Assembly (NCBI GenBank): GCA_021163205.1
Contig: JAGGXF010000021.1
Span: 1-46,452 of the forward strand
Direction of reading: 5' to 3'
Origin: Candidatus Aenigmatarchaeota archaeon
GTDB lineage: Archaea; Aenigmatarchaeota; Aenigmatarchaeia; GW2011-AR5; JAGGXF01
Length of the DNA stretch: 46,452 bases
Numbering within the stretch: position 1 is the stretch's first letter; each line of letters starts with the position of its first letter. A program made the position numbers and the translations under genes. The notes under the pieces were generated by a model. The model had not been told where the DNA came from and did not search any database. It was given only the letters and a program-made list of their open reading frames with translations. Below, in pieces: positions 27,034 through 38,074 of the stretch.

Positions 27034-28539
27034 TTATGTTTGATTCTTGTTTACTATCAAACTTTTAGACATAATTTTTGGTTTTTTGATTTTCAGAAGC
27101 TGAAGAACAGTTGGCGCTATATTATATAATGAATTTTTTTTAGACCGTGAAAGCTTGTATTTTTTTTTCGTTACAAGAATAAACGGTACTCGATTGAATG
27201 TGTGGGCGGTGTGTGGCTTACCACGCTCTTTCATTTTTTCTACGTTTCCATGGTCTGCCGTTACAATTATATCATAGCCATTTTCTTTTAGCACAGGCAC
27301 AAGTTTTTTAAGACACTTATCAACAGCCTTTACAGCCTTTACAGCCGCTTGTAAAATACCGGTGTGGCCAACCATATCTCCATTGGCAAAATTCAATATT
27401 ATGACATCGTATGTTCCTTTTTTTATAATTGGTAATAGTTTTGAGGTTATTTTAAACGCGCTCATTTCTGGCTTTTTGTCATACGTGGCGACTTTCGGTG
27501 ACGGTATTATTATTTCTCTTTTTCCCTTCATTTTTCTGTATTCCCCGCCATCAAAAAAGTAAGTCACGTGAGCAAATTTCTCTGTCTCGGCTATCCTCAA
27601 CTGCTTAAATCCATGACTAGCAAGAACATCACCAAGCGTATTTTTTATTTCTCTCCTATGAAACGCAACTCTTGTCCCGACTTCATAATCGGTGAAAGAA
27701 ACGAAATATAAATTTTTTATTTTCTTTCTCTTGAACTTGTTAAATCGCTTTTCTATGAATGAACGGGATATCTGCTTTGCTCGGTCAGCTCTGAAGTTGA
27801 AAAAGATTACAGCATCATTATCCCTCACAAAAGCATCTCCAAAGACAAGCGGTTCCAGAAACTCGTCTGTTATGCCTTTCCTGTACTGATAATCTATAGC
27901 CTCGAAATAATCATCAAACCGTTTGCCCTTTCCATAAACAAGCATTTCGTACGCCTTTTTTGTTCTATCCCACCTATTATCCCTATCCATGGCATAATAT
28001 CTGCCTATTATAGATTGTATATGACCACCATACTTTTTGGTCTGTGTGAGTATTACACGAAGATATTTCTTGAACGCTTTCGGTGGCGTGTCCCTTCCAT
28101 CTCCGAACAAGTGTAAAACAGGTTCTATCTTTTTGCGGTGACATAACTTTAACAATGCTATTAGATGGTTTATGTGCGAATGTATAGAAGCATCACTAAA
28201 AAGACCCATTATATGGAGTTGGGACTTATTTCTCTTTGCGTGCTCGATAGCCCGAAGAAGTTCTTTGTTTTTGAAGAAAGAACCAGTCTTAATTTCCTCG
28301 TTTATCAGCAACATCTCTTGCTTTACTAGTCTGCCCGCGCCTATATGCAAATGACCTACTTCAGAACCGCCGAGCGACCTTTTTGGAAGGCCAACATAAC
28401 CGTTATGGGCACCAAGGGTCGTGTGTGGGTATTTCTTCCACAACGACCAAAAGAAACTTGCCTTTTTAACAGGATTAGCATGGCTGCTTTTTCTCAAACC
28501 CCACCCGTCAAGAATTATAAGAGCAAGCTTTCTGTTCAT
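27034..28539 (-). CDS. gpmI: 2,3-bisphosphoglycerate-independent phosphoglycerate mutase (bacterial GpmI type)
   Basis: ILDGWG, SEVGH, DGRD, GRYYAMDRD, NFRADR, AETEK, DMVGHTG, ADHGN and TAHT motifs. Confidence 0.95.
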   Translation of the reverse strand: MNRKLALIILDGWGLRKSSHANPVKKASFFWSLWKKYPHTTLGAHNGYVGLPKRSLGGSEVGHLHIGAGRLVKQEMLLINEEIKTGSFFKNKELLRAIEHAKRNKSQLHIMGLFSDASIHSHINHLIALLKLCHRKKIEPVLHLFGDGRDTPPKAFKKYLRVILTQTKKYGGHIQSIIGRYYAMDRDNRWDRTKKAYEMLVYGKGKRFDDYFEAIDYQYRKGITDEFLEPLVFGDAFVRDNDAVIFFNFRADRAKQISRSFIEKRFNKFKRKKIKNLYFVSFTDYEVGTRVAFHRREIKNTLGDVLASHGFKQLRIAETEKFAHVTYFFDGGEYRKMKGKREIIIPSPKVATYDKKPEMSAFKITSKLLPIIKKGTYDVIILNFANGDMVGHTGILQAAVKAVKAVDKCLKKLVPVLKENGYDIIVTADHGNVEKMKERGKPHTAHTFNRVPFILVTKKKYKLSRSKKNSLYNIAPTVLQLLKIKKPKIMSKSLIVNKNQT

Positions 28540-28612
28540 AACTATTCTTTCTACTGCTCCATATAAAAGTTTTTATCGAACGTTGGACTAAGAGTTCAAA
28601 AGACATTAATTC

Positions 28613-29599
28613 TCATTCTATTATTATACCACCATTCAACTTCGCATGTCTTCCAACAGTTGAATCTATAAGAGAAATGTTAGAAACCTTTGCAAACTCG
28701 TCGATAATAGTATTTTTAATGTTGCAATTCTCAATAACGCTGCCTCTGAACAATATTGAATTTTCCACCACAGAACCGACAATCCTGACATTATCTCCGA
28801 TAAAAACATTTCCCTTAATTTCGCTGTCTTTCAGAAAAACATTTTTTCCGATGTGTTGTGGATTAGTCATATGCTTAAAATTGCTTTCAAGGTAAGAACC
28901 ATGATCTCCTATATCATACCATTCTTCATTAAATACGAAGCCATAGACATCGACTAATTGATATAACCACTGAAGAAAATATCCTGGGGCATCTGGATTG
29001 TTACCTTCTTCCAAGTATTTTGAGAATAATGGCAGGATCTCTCTCGGAAATATGTAGCAAGCTGTGCTGACTAGGGTTGACTTCGGATTTATAGGCTTTT
29101 CTTGGAACTCCTTTATTTTTCCTGTGTCGTCTACAATTGCAACACCGTATCTCCCAGATATCTTTTTTTTATCCTTCATGTTGTGCAATGCTACGACAGG
29201 ATACCCTATTTTTTTATAGAATATCAAAAAGTCTCGCAAACTGAAATCAAAGATATTGTCCCCTGCTATCACCATAACATCTTCGTCTAACATTTTTTCT
29301 TCGAACAAAAGATTAAGCGCACCTATTGTTCCCAACTTATTTTGCTCTTTTGTGCTCGACTCGATAAATAATTCTATTTTTTTGTCAGAATCTGTTGTCT
29401 TAAGCCAATTCTTGAAGTCATTCGCAAATGCCTGGTTTGTAGAAACAATTATGTGGGTAATTTCTTCTATTTCTTCCAGCTTCTCGATAATGTAATTTAT
29501 GATAGGCTTGCCAGCTACTGTTAGTAATGGCTTGGGCCTTTGGTGGGTTATTGGCCACAACCTCTTTGCATAGCCACCTGCTAATATAATAGCCTTCAC
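28613..29599 (-). CDS. Sugar-1-phosphate nucleotidyltransferase with a C-terminal left-handed beta-helix
   Basis: AIILAGGYAKRL, PKPLL, GDN, EKP and WYDIG motifs plus a hexapeptide-like tail. Likely GTG start at 29599 after GGAGGG. Confidence 0.9.
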   Translation of the reverse strand: MKAIILAGGYAKRLWPITHQRPKPLLTVAGKPIINYIIEKLEEIEEITHIIVSTNQAFANDFKNWLKTTDSDKKIELFIESSTKEQNKLGTIGALNLLFEEKMLDEDVMVIAGDNIFDFSLRDFLIFYKKIGYPVVALHNMKDKKKISGRYGVAIVDDTGKIKEFQEKPINPKSTLVSTACYIFPREILPLFSKYLEEGNNPDAPGYFLQWLYQLVDVYGFVFNEEWYDIGDHGSYLESNFKHMTNPQHIGKNVFLKDSEIKGNVFIGDNVRIVGSVVENSILFRGSVIENCNIKNTIIDEFAKVSNISLIDSTVGRHAKLNGGIIIE

Positions 29600-29756
29600 T
29601 AATGATCCCTCCTTTGCCGGTTTTCTCAATTTCTTCTTTGCGACGCATATTGTTAGGTCTTCTCTCGATTGCCTAACTACGCATTCCAGGCTTGCTTTTG
29701 CGTATCTAATTATTTATTTGCTAATAATTAAGTAGTGAAAAGTATGACGAAAAACT

Positions 29757-30965
29757 TTAAGTCTTTGAACCTTTTGCTGTTTTCAAGCACTCCAAGACTG
29801 GCATCTTTTTTCCAGACAAATAGCTTATGAGTGCTCCACCGGCAAGACTTATGAAAGAGAATTTTTCTTTTGGTATCTTGAACTCTTCAATAGCAGAAAT
29901 GCTGTGCCCGCCGCCGACCAAAGAAAATGCATCAGATTCGGCGACAGCTGTGAATATCCTTTTTGTTCCCTCACTAAAGCCTTCTTCGACAAGGCCTGCC
30001 GTGCCATTTAGAACGATGAACTTCGCGGCTTTTATTATGTTTTCATATTTGTCGCAAGTCTTTGGCCCTATGTCATATATTTTTTCTTTAATGGGCATAT
30101 CATATATCGTAACAATCTTTTTGCTTTCTGTGATCATGTCAATAGGTATTTTTATGTCACCGGCGTTCTCGCTAGCCTCAATCTTATCAAGAAGCTCCTT
30201 TGCCTTCGGCACGAAATTCCAGTAATCGTTGTCCTTTAGGAATTTTTCCGGTTCTCCCATTTCAATGTCTTTGGCTGCTGTGAAAACCTGTGCAACAATG
30301 CCTGTTGTGAGCACAGATTGAAGAATCTGCTTTTCAGAGAAATGCCTAATAATCTCCAGGGAATCCTCTGGTTTTGCTCCGCCCAAAATAAGTACGGCTT
30401 TTTCTGATTTTATTTTTTCGAGTGATTCGAGTTCGTGTTGCATCTCCCTTCCAACCACTGTTGGTAATAAAAACATAAAACCTACGAGTGATGCCTGTCC
30501 ACGATGCGCAGCAGAAAAGGCATCTATCACGAAAAGCTCAGCCTCTTTTGCCAAGGTCTGAACAAATTCTGCTTTCGAATGCTCCTCTGGAGTAACCTTT
30601 GCCATTTCCTCCTTGAGGCTTCGCACATTATCAAGGAGAAGTATATCTCCCTTCTTCAGAGTTCTTATCTTATGAATGGCTTTTTCTCCATATATATCAT
30701 CAATAAACATAACAGTCTTGCCCACATGCTTTGTCAGTAGTTCAGCATGCTGCTCAAGATTTGTGAAATCTTTGTCACCGGGCCTACCTTGATGTGCGAG
30801 CACAACAACCTTCGCTTCTTTATCAGATAGCTCTTTAAGTGTACCAGCTGCTGCGTTTATTCTTGGATTGTCTTGCACTTGACCATCAACAACAGGAGAA
30901 TTGATATCAACCCTGACAAGGACCGTCTTGCCAGAAACATCTACATCGTCCAGCGTTTTGAACAC
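29757..30965 (-). CDS. pgk: Phosphoglycerate kinase (archaeal-like)
   Basis: RVDINSP, AHQGRPG, DAFSAAHR, LGGAK, DIGP, GGGH and GGA motifs. Confidence 0.95.
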   Translation of the reverse strand: MFKTLDDVDVSGKTVLVRVDINSPVVDGQVQDNPRINAAAGTLKELSDKEAKVVVLAHQGRPGDKDFTNLEQHAELLTKHVGKTVMFIDDIYGEKAIHKIRTLKKGDILLLDNVRSLKEEMAKVTPEEHSKAEFVQTLAKEAELFVIDAFSAAHRGQASLVGFMFLLPTVVGREMQHELESLEKIKSEKAVLILGGAKPEDSLEIIRHFSEKQILQSVLTTGIVAQVFTAAKDIEMGEPEKFLKDNDYWNFVPKAKELLDKIEASENAGDIKIPIDMITESKKIVTIYDMPIKEKIYDIGPKTCDKYENIIKAAKFIVLNGTAGLVEEGFSEGTKRIFTAVAESDAFSLVGGGHSISAIEEFKIPKEKFSFISLAGGALISYLSGKKMPVLECLKTAKGSKT

Positions 30966-31116
30966 AAAAACACCCCCAGTATATGGTTTTTTTATTATTA
31001 CTTTTTATTTTATTTGTGAATTAGCCAAATAAAATTAAAAATAACCCAGTTGGCAGCTACAGTATAATCCCAAACACTATCTAAATCTAATAATCACAAC
31101 TCTTGGTGCTGAAACA

Positions 31117-32151
<1,035 letters not shown>

Positions 32152-32175
32152 TTACAGTTAAGCATAAATACAATT

Positions 32176-33120
32176 ATGAAACTTCTCAAAAAGAAGGACT
32201 TTCTCGTTTTTCTTGAAACACTGGCTAAAAAAAATGATTTCTACGCACCAACATCAAAAAAGGAGTTTGGTCGGATTAGAAAAGTTGATGACATATGCTT
32301 TGATTACACAAAAACTGAAATGCCCGCAAAAAGCATATTCTTTCCACGCGAAGAAATAATGATGAGATTTTCAGAGAAAAAAATAAGAATAGTCAAGCCA
32401 CGCCTGAAAAGAAAGACAATAATATTCGGACTGCGCTCTTGTGATCTTGTTGCAATTGAGATTATGGACAGAATATTTGAAAATGACTTGTGGTACAAAG
32501 CACGAAGAAAAAATGCAATACTCATCGGAATGGCGTGTAATAAAACAGACGACTCTTGCTTCTGCGCGTCTTTTGGTATAAACCCGAGAAATGGTGATGC
32601 TGACTTGTGGGTCATAAATGAAGGTGAATCTTTCTTTTTGCAGCCCAAAACAAGCGTGGGAAGAAAACTGGTGAATAAACTACTGAAAAATATACCAAAT
32701 ACCAGAAAAAAACCGAAGAAAAGAAGACTGAAATTCAAGAAAAAGGTCCTCTTCAATAAGAAAGAACTTCAGAAACTCAAGGAACTCAATTTCGATAACT
32801 GGAAAGAATGTCTGGCTTGTGGTTCGTGCACAACAATCTGCCCAACCTGTCATTGCTTTGATGTTGTAGATGTTGTCGAGCAAGACCTTAAAAGAGGTGT
32901 CAGGAAGCGCGTCTGGGCATCCTGTATGGAGAGAGATTTTTCAAGGATTGCTGGTGATCTGATATTGCGAAATAAGAGAACAGATAGACTAAGGCAGTTC
33001 GTCTTAGACAAGTTCATTTATTTTGAACATCACTACGGTCACATGGGATGTGTTGGGTGCGGTCGTTGCATCGAAACATGCCCCGTCGGTATAGACATAC
33101 GAAAAATATTGAGCAAATAA
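32176..33120 (+). CDS. hydB: Group 3b hydrogenase/sulfhydrogenase beta subunit (2x4Fe-4S, AsrA-like)
   Basis: RSCD, CFC, CLACGSCTTICPTCHC and CVGCGRCIETCP motifs. Confidence 0.88.
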   Translation: MKLLKKKDFLVFLETLAKKNDFYAPTSKKEFGRIRKVDDICFDYTKTEMPAKSIFFPREEIMMRFSEKKIRIVKPRLKRKTIIFGLRSCDLVAIEIMDRIFENDLWYKARRKNAILIGMACNKTDDSCFCASFGINPRNGDADLWVINEGESFFLQPKTSVGRKLVNKLLKNIPNTRKKPKKRRLKFKKKVLFNKKELQKLKELNFDNWKECLACGSCTTICPTCHCFDVVDVVEQDLKRGVRKRVWASCMERDFSRIAGDLILRNKRTDRLRQFVLDKFIYFEHHYGHMGCVGCGRCIETCPVGIDIRKILSK

Positions 33121-33168
33121 TAAATTAGTGTGTATAACCAATAAAAATTATGTGAAAATGAGAATCAC

Positions 33169-33930
33169 GTGAGACGAATGGACAAACTAAAGCGAACGAA
33201 AATATTGAAAATTAAGGAAGAGGCGCCCGACATTCTTACGTTTCGCGTTCAAAACAAACTTGGTGGAATCAAACCTGGACAATTCATTTTCTTGTCTATA
33301 AACACCGTCGGAGAGGCTCCGATATCTGTCTCGTCCATAAATGAAGATTATATCGAGCTTACCGTGAAAAAACTGGGTTTGGTCACAACCGCTCTCTTCC
33401 AGAAAAAAGTTGGTGACATTGTTTACATACGCGGACCTTATGGTAATTGTTTTCCGACAGCAAAACAATATGTGTTGGTGGCTGGTGGCTTTGGCTTAGC
33501 ACCACTGAAAGCGCTCATAGAAAAAAAACAGAAAAATGTGAAAAAGTTGTTTTACGGCGCAAAGACCTTTGAAGACATGATATTTAAAGACGAACTAAAA
33601 AAGTGGCAATTTTCAGAGCTGATAGTAGAAAGAAAGACAAAGGGGTGTCACCTGCCAACAGGCCTTGTAACAGATTTGATAGAAAAAGCGAAAATGAGAC
33701 CGATATCGACCGTAATAATATGCGGCCCACCGATTATGGTTAGATTTGTTTCTCAGTCGCTAGAAAAAAAAGGGTTCAAAGACAAAAAGATATATGCATC
33801 GCTTGAAAAAACCATGTACTGTGGAACTGGCTTGTGTGGCCATTGTAATATTGGCTCGTATTACGTATGCAAAGATGGACCTGTCTTCAGACTCGACAAC
33901 ATAAAAAATTTCGAAGAAAAAATTATTTAA
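33169..33930 (+). CDS. hydG: Group 3b hydrogenase gamma subunit (FAD/NAD(P)-binding, 2Fe-2S)
   Basis: PGQF, GEAPIS, RGPYG, AGGFGLAP, CGPPIM and CGTGLCGHC...VCKDGPVF motifs. Confidence 0.9.
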   Translation: MRRMDKLKRTKILKIKEEAPDILTFRVQNKLGGIKPGQFIFLSINTVGEAPISVSSINEDYIELTVKKLGLVTTALFQKKVGDIVYIRGPYGNCFPTAKQYVLVAGGFGLAPLKALIEKKQKNVKKLFYGAKTFEDMIFKDELKKWQFSELIVERKTKGCHLPTGLVTDLIEKAKMRPISTVIICGPPIMVRFVSQSLEKKGFKDKKIYASLEKTMYCGTGLCGHCNIGSYYVCKDGPVFRLDNIKNFEEKII

Positions 33931-33998
33931 CTTGGTTGAGAATGTCTTAATAGAGCATGAACTAAAAAACAATGAGTAGAACCTTAACAGTGGTGTGA

Positions 33999-34727
33999 AT
34001 GAAAAAAACAACGAAAAGATCAAAAAAACAAAAGAAGCTGCGAATTGGTAATTTTTGGATGGCTGGCTGTATAGGGTGTCTGCTAGAGATTTTCAATGTT
34101 CAGGATGGTACGCTTGATTTTATGGACTATATTGACATAATAGATTTTGATCTAATTCAAGAAAAAAATATAGAAGGTCCATTTGATGTTGCTTTTGTTG
34201 AGGGTGCGATAACGAACAAAAAAGAGGAAGAAGAGTTGCGCAAGATAAGAAAAGAGAGTAAGATTCTCGTTGCACTCGGGAGCTGCGCATGCTTTGGTGG
34301 CATTTCCGGTCTAAAGAATTTTGTTCGAGGCCGACCGTTTGGAACTGCGAAACCATTGTATAAATTTGTTAAGGTGGACTATAGGTTGCGTGGATGCCCA
34401 ATAAGTAGAAAGGAATTCATAGAACTTGTTAAACATCTGAAAAGAGGCTTACCATACAGGGAAAATACTTCTCCGGTTTGCACAGAGTGTCCCCTGAAAG
34501 GCGATGATTGTTTTTTGAAAAAAGGTATTCCGTGCATGGGTCCAATAACAGCCGCGGGCTGTGACGCGATATGCATGAAGAACGGGCAGGCGTGTGAGGG
34601 ATGTCGCGGACCGATACCTAATGCGAATATATCAAAGTTGTTTCAGATGTTTGAAAAATTCGGCATGAAACCGAGAGACATAAGAAAAAAATTCAGAAAA
34701 TTCGCTGGAAATGCTTTTGGTGAGTAA
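33999..34727 (+). CDS. hydD: Group 3b [NiFe]-hydrogenase small (delta) subunit
   Basis: GCIGC, VEG, GSCA, GCP, VCTEC, PCMGP..AGC and CEGCRG motifs. Confidence 0.9.
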   Translation: MKKTTKRSKKQKKLRIGNFWMAGCIGCLLEIFNVQDGTLDFMDYIDIIDFDLIQEKNIEGPFDVAFVEGAITNKKEEEELRKIRKESKILVALGSCACFGGISGLKNFVRGRPFGTAKPLYKFVKVDYRLRGCPISRKEFIELVKHLKRGLPYRENTSPVCTECPLKGDDCFLKKGIPCMGPITAAGCDAICMKNGQACEGCRGPIPNANISKLFQMFEKFGMKPRDIRKKFRKFAGNAFGE

Positions 34728-34728
34728 A

Positions 34729-35973
34729 ATGAAAAAAATAACGATAGACCACATCTGCAAGATATATGGCCATGCTAATCTTGCTATCAAGGTTGACGGT
34801 AAAAAGGTTCAAAAAGCTGAACTAGAAATTTTCGAGTCATCGCGATATTTTGAGTCTATTGTAAAAGGCAGGTCATACGAAGAAGCACCAGAACTTACCA
34901 GTAGGATATGTGGCATCTGTTCTACTGCCCACCAGATGGCATCGTTGAAGGCTATGGAACACGCGCTCAATATAGAACCAAGCAGCCAAACAAAAAAACT
35001 GAGAGAAGTCCTGCACATGGGAGGTATAATACAAAGTCATGTTTTCCATCTATACTTCCTAGCGCTGCCTGATTATCTCGGGTATGACAGCGCGATTCAA
35101 ATGAGTAAAAAACATGGAAAAAAACTGAAAGAAGCACTCTTGCTGAGAAAGATCGGAAACGATATCATTACTATCATAGGAGGCCGTCCTGTCCACCCAA
35201 TAAGTTGCAGAATTGGCGGTTTTGATAAATTACCAAACCAAGACGATATAAATAAACTGGTTAAGAGCTTGAAAGAAAAACGCAAGATAGCTTTGAAAAC
35301 AATCGAACTTATGAAAGGGTTTCTGAAAAAGGAATTCGAAAGAAAAACAGAAGTAATTGCACTCAGAAATAAAGACCACTCTTTCATAGATGGGGTGGTA
35401 TCAACAAGAGAAAAAGAGATAGAAGAAGATTATCGAAGATATATCAAGGAGTACCACGGTGAACCGAAAAAAACAACAACAATAGAAGGTAAATCATATA
35501 GGGTTGGACCGCTTGCAAGGTTTACTATAAACGGAAGCCCTGTAAAAAAATATGATAAAATAAAATTATCACTAGATTCGCCATTCTCAAGCAACTTTAT
35601 CAGGGCAGTTGAGATTTTATACTGTATTGATAGAAGCATTGAAATACTTGAGAACATCAAAATCAAAAAAGAAGCCCCAAGAGAAAAGAAGCGCCTGAAA
35701 AATGTCAATGAGGGCTTCGCTGCTGTTGAGGCACCGAGAGGCGTGCTTTTTCATCATTATAGGTTCAACAGACACGGGCGTGTGAATAGAGCAAACATAA
35801 TAACACCAACTGCGCAAAACCTGAGGAGCATAGAAGATGATGTCAAAGTTTTTCTTCCTCACATACTAAAGAAAAAAAAGAAAGATGTTGTGCTTGAACT
35901 GGAGAAACTGATAAGAGCTTATGATCCATGTATTTCATGCTCCACGCATTTTCTAGAGGTGAGGTGGTTATGA
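34729..35973 (+). CDS. hydA: Group 3b [NiFe]-hydrogenase large (alpha) subunit
   Basis: L1 RICGICSTAH, L4 EAPRGVLFH, L2 DPCISCSTH with C-terminal extension FLEVRWL. Likely start ATG 34729. L0 reads KIYGH. Confidence 0.92.
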   Translation: MKKITIDHICKIYGHANLAIKVDGKKVQKAELEIFESSRYFESIVKGRSYEEAPELTSRICGICSTAHQMASLKAMEHALNIEPSSQTKKLREVLHMGGIIQSHVFHLYFLALPDYLGYDSAIQMSKKHGKKLKEALLLRKIGNDIITIIGGRPVHPISCRIGGFDKLPNQDDINKLVKSLKEKRKIALKTIELMKGFLKKEFERKTEVIALRNKDHSFIDGVVSTREKEIEEDYRRYIKEYHGEPKKTTTIEGKSYRVGPLARFTINGSPVKKYDKIKLSLDSPFSSNFIRAVEILYCIDRSIEILENIKIKKEAPREKKRLKNVNEGFAAVEAPRGVLFHHYRFNRHGRVNRANIITPTAQNLRSIEDDVKVFLPHILKKKKKDVVLELEKLIRAYDPCISCSTHFLEVRWL

Positions 35974-36746
35974 TTGACTTTTATAAAGAACGGCCAAAAA
36001 ACAGCCACAAGGGAGATTTTGGTCGACTGGCTGTGCTGGCGTATGAATATACGGGCGCGCCTGCACTTGTCGCGATGGCGGCACTAAGGTCTGGCACAGA
36101 CCTCGTAGAGATTATAGCACCAAAGGAAAAAGCAGATATCATTGCATCGTTCTCACCGAACCTTATTGTGCGACCAACTAACTTCTCTCTCAGTGCTATA
36201 AAAAAAGAAATAGAAAGGGCGGACGCATTCTGTGTTGGGTCCGGACTGGGAAAAAATAAAAAAGTTTTGGGTATCGTTAAAAAATTTTTATTAGAAACAA
36301 AAAAACCGGGTGTAGTAGATGCGGATGCCCTGGTGGTTGTTAACAAAAACATGAATGGAAAAAGTTTTGTGTTGACACCTCACAGAAAAGAGTTTGAGTT
36401 ATTCGACAAGCTTAGCAAAAGCATAGAGAAAAACAAGAAGATCGTAACCAAGGTCGCGAAAAGGCTCGGTCTCGTGGTTTTGCTAAAAGGTCCAATTGAT
36501 ATAATTTCGGATGGAAAAAATGTTGAACTGAACAAAACAGGAAATCCTTATATGACAAAAGGTGGGACAGGTGACGTTCTGACAGGTATAGTCGGCTCTC
36601 TGCTTGCTCAGGGGCTGAACCCTTTCAGGGCCGCCTGTCTCGGCGCTTACATATCAGGGCTTGCCGGTGATAGGGTAGCGAAAGAAAAAGGACCTGGTTT
36701 GTTGGCAACGGACATCATAGAAAAGATACCAGAAATAATAAAGTGA
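35970..36746 (+). CDS. nnrD: NAD(P)H-hydrate dehydratase (carbohydrate kinase family)
   Basis: SHKGDFG, YTGAP, GSGLG, VDADAL, LTPH..EF, LKG and GGTGDVLTG motifs. ATG 35970 overlaps the hydA stop (ATGA). Confidence 0.92.
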   Translation: MIDFYKERPKNSHKGDFGRLAVLAYEYTGAPALVAMAALRSGTDLVEIIAPKEKADIIASFSPNLIVRPTNFSLSAIKKEIERADAFCVGSGLGKNKKVLGIVKKFLLETKKPGVVDADALVVVNKNMNGKSFVLTPHRKEFELFDKLSKSIEKNKKIVTKVAKRLGLVVLLKGPIDIISDGKNVELNKTGNPYMTKGGTGDVLTGIVGSLLAQGLNPFRAACLGAYISGLAGDRVAKEKGPGLLATDIIEKIPEIIK

Positions 36747-36801
36747 TGGCGAAAAAAAGATAAAAATCGGGTAAATAACATACAAAAATAAATAAAATAA
36801 T

Positions 36802-36817
36802 GGCCGATTTATCGGCC
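36802..36817 (-). terminator. GC hairpin plus T-rich tract between convergent genes
   Basis: ggccga-ttta-tcggcc stem-loop, followed on the minus strand by ATTATTTTATTTATTTTT. Confidence 0.55.
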
Positions 36818-36827
36818 TGTTCAAGCG

Positions 36828-37016
36828 CTACTCTGTTATGGCATTTTCTATATCTTCCATTGTCATGTTCTCTATAGCTTCATTCATTTCCTGTTCCACG
36901 ACATCCATGGCCTGCTTTTCTGCTGTAGCCTCGCCTGTTGTCGCTGGTTGCTGAACACAGCCACTAACAAAAATAAGTGATAACAACAGCGTCAACAACA
37001 AAAGTTCTTTCATCAT
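36828..37016 (-). CDS. Small putative lipoprotein with an acidic helix
   Basis: Hydrophobic signal ending in the lipobox FVSGC, then an E/Q/M-rich helix. Starts 2 bp after the upstream gene. Confidence 0.7.
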   Translation of the reverse strand: MMKELLLLTLLLSLIFVSGCVQQPATTGEATAEKQAMDVVEQEMNEAIENMTMEDIENAITE

Positions 37017-37018
37017 AG

Positions 37019-37972
37019 TTACTCACCTGTTACGTTTGTCGTGTTAATCTCTGTATTTGCTTCTGGCCCAGTTTCGACAGTCTCGTTTGTTGTTGGTGGA
37101 TTAACAACCTGACTTGACCTTACTCTTCCAAGTCTTCTTACCCTGCGCGCTCTAATCTTTTCTTTTACCAGCTTTCTCACCTTAGCGACTTTTACACAAG
37201 CCGGTGCCTTAGGGTGCTGCAAGCAGTATTTTTCTGTTGTTTGAACCAAGAAAATCTTGCATCTGTCTTCATTCGGATGATTCTTACAATAAACTCTTAG
37301 CGCATATCTGCATCTGGCATCGTCCAAGTTGTCAACACAATATTCCTTGAATATTTCTTTACACCTGTGATCGTCCGGATGGTTTAAACAAAAACTCTTC
37401 ACCTTTTCCCTGCATGAGGGGTCTGTTGGATTTTTCTCACAGTACCTGTTTCCTATTGCCTTCACGACAGCTTTACATTTTGTTGGGTTCTCCTCGCAGA
37501 AGCTTCGTACTTTTTGTGCAATTTCCAATGGCCTAGCTTTTCTCACAGCTCCTAAAACGTATGCATTATATGTTGCTCCGCCCACATCTATTGTTCCAAC
37601 CCAGACTTCAGTGTCTTCCTTTTCTACTGATTCGGCATTAATAGAGCCTACCTTTTCTTCTCCTGAATAGAGGTTGGCCTCGATTGACCCGTTACCTAAG
37701 ACAACATCTTTCACTTTGTATTTATCGCTGTCTAAGTAAAGCACACCAACAACAAGCTCTGTTTCCTCGCCGAGTAAACTCACTTTCACTTCACCAATAC
37801 CTATCTTGATAATCTTGAAATCCATGAGGTCTGATGGGTTTGTTGCTATGCCCTTGCCGAGAATTGCTAACTTTTGGATAACTGGTTTTGCTGCTGCATT
37901 TCCAACCGGTCCCTGTGCAAAAACAGGCATGACCAGAAGCAGAACAACAAGCACCGCAAAAAGATTTTTCAT
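37019..37972 (-). CDS. Secreted protein with a beta domain and six Cys-pair helical repeats
   Basis: Signal peptide ending VFA. Repeats FCEENPTKC, YCEKNPTDPSC, FCLNHPDDHRC, YCVDNLDDARC, YCKNHPNEDRC, YCLQHPKAPAC. Confidence 0.8.
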   Translation of the reverse strand: MKNLFAVLVVLLLVMPVFAQGPVGNAAAKPVIQKLAILGKGIATNPSDLMDFKIIKIGIGEVKVSLLGEETELVVGVLYLDSDKYKVKDVVLGNGSIEANLYSGEEKVGSINAESVEKEDTEVWVGTIDVGGATYNAYVLGAVRKARPLEIAQKVRSFCEENPTKCKAVVKAIGNRYCEKNPTDPSCREKVKSFCLNHPDDHRCKEIFKEYCVDNLDDARCRYALRVYCKNHPNEDRCKIFLVQTTEKYCLQHPKAPACVKVAKVRKLVKEKIRARRVRRLGRVRSSQVVNPPTTNETVETGPEANTEINTTNVTGE

Positions 37973-38074
37973 TATCTACCACCCTCTGTTCTATCTAAAC
38001 ACTTTATCAAAACCAATATAATTATTAATTATATCTTGGCGTGTTAATAAAGCTTTTGAAATTTTCTAAGAGCT

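Noticed and set aside
37200-37510. Multiheme cytochrome or CRISPR-like periodicity in the Cys repeats
   Set aside because: No CxxCH motifs. The periodicity is protein-level only, with no identical DNA repeats.
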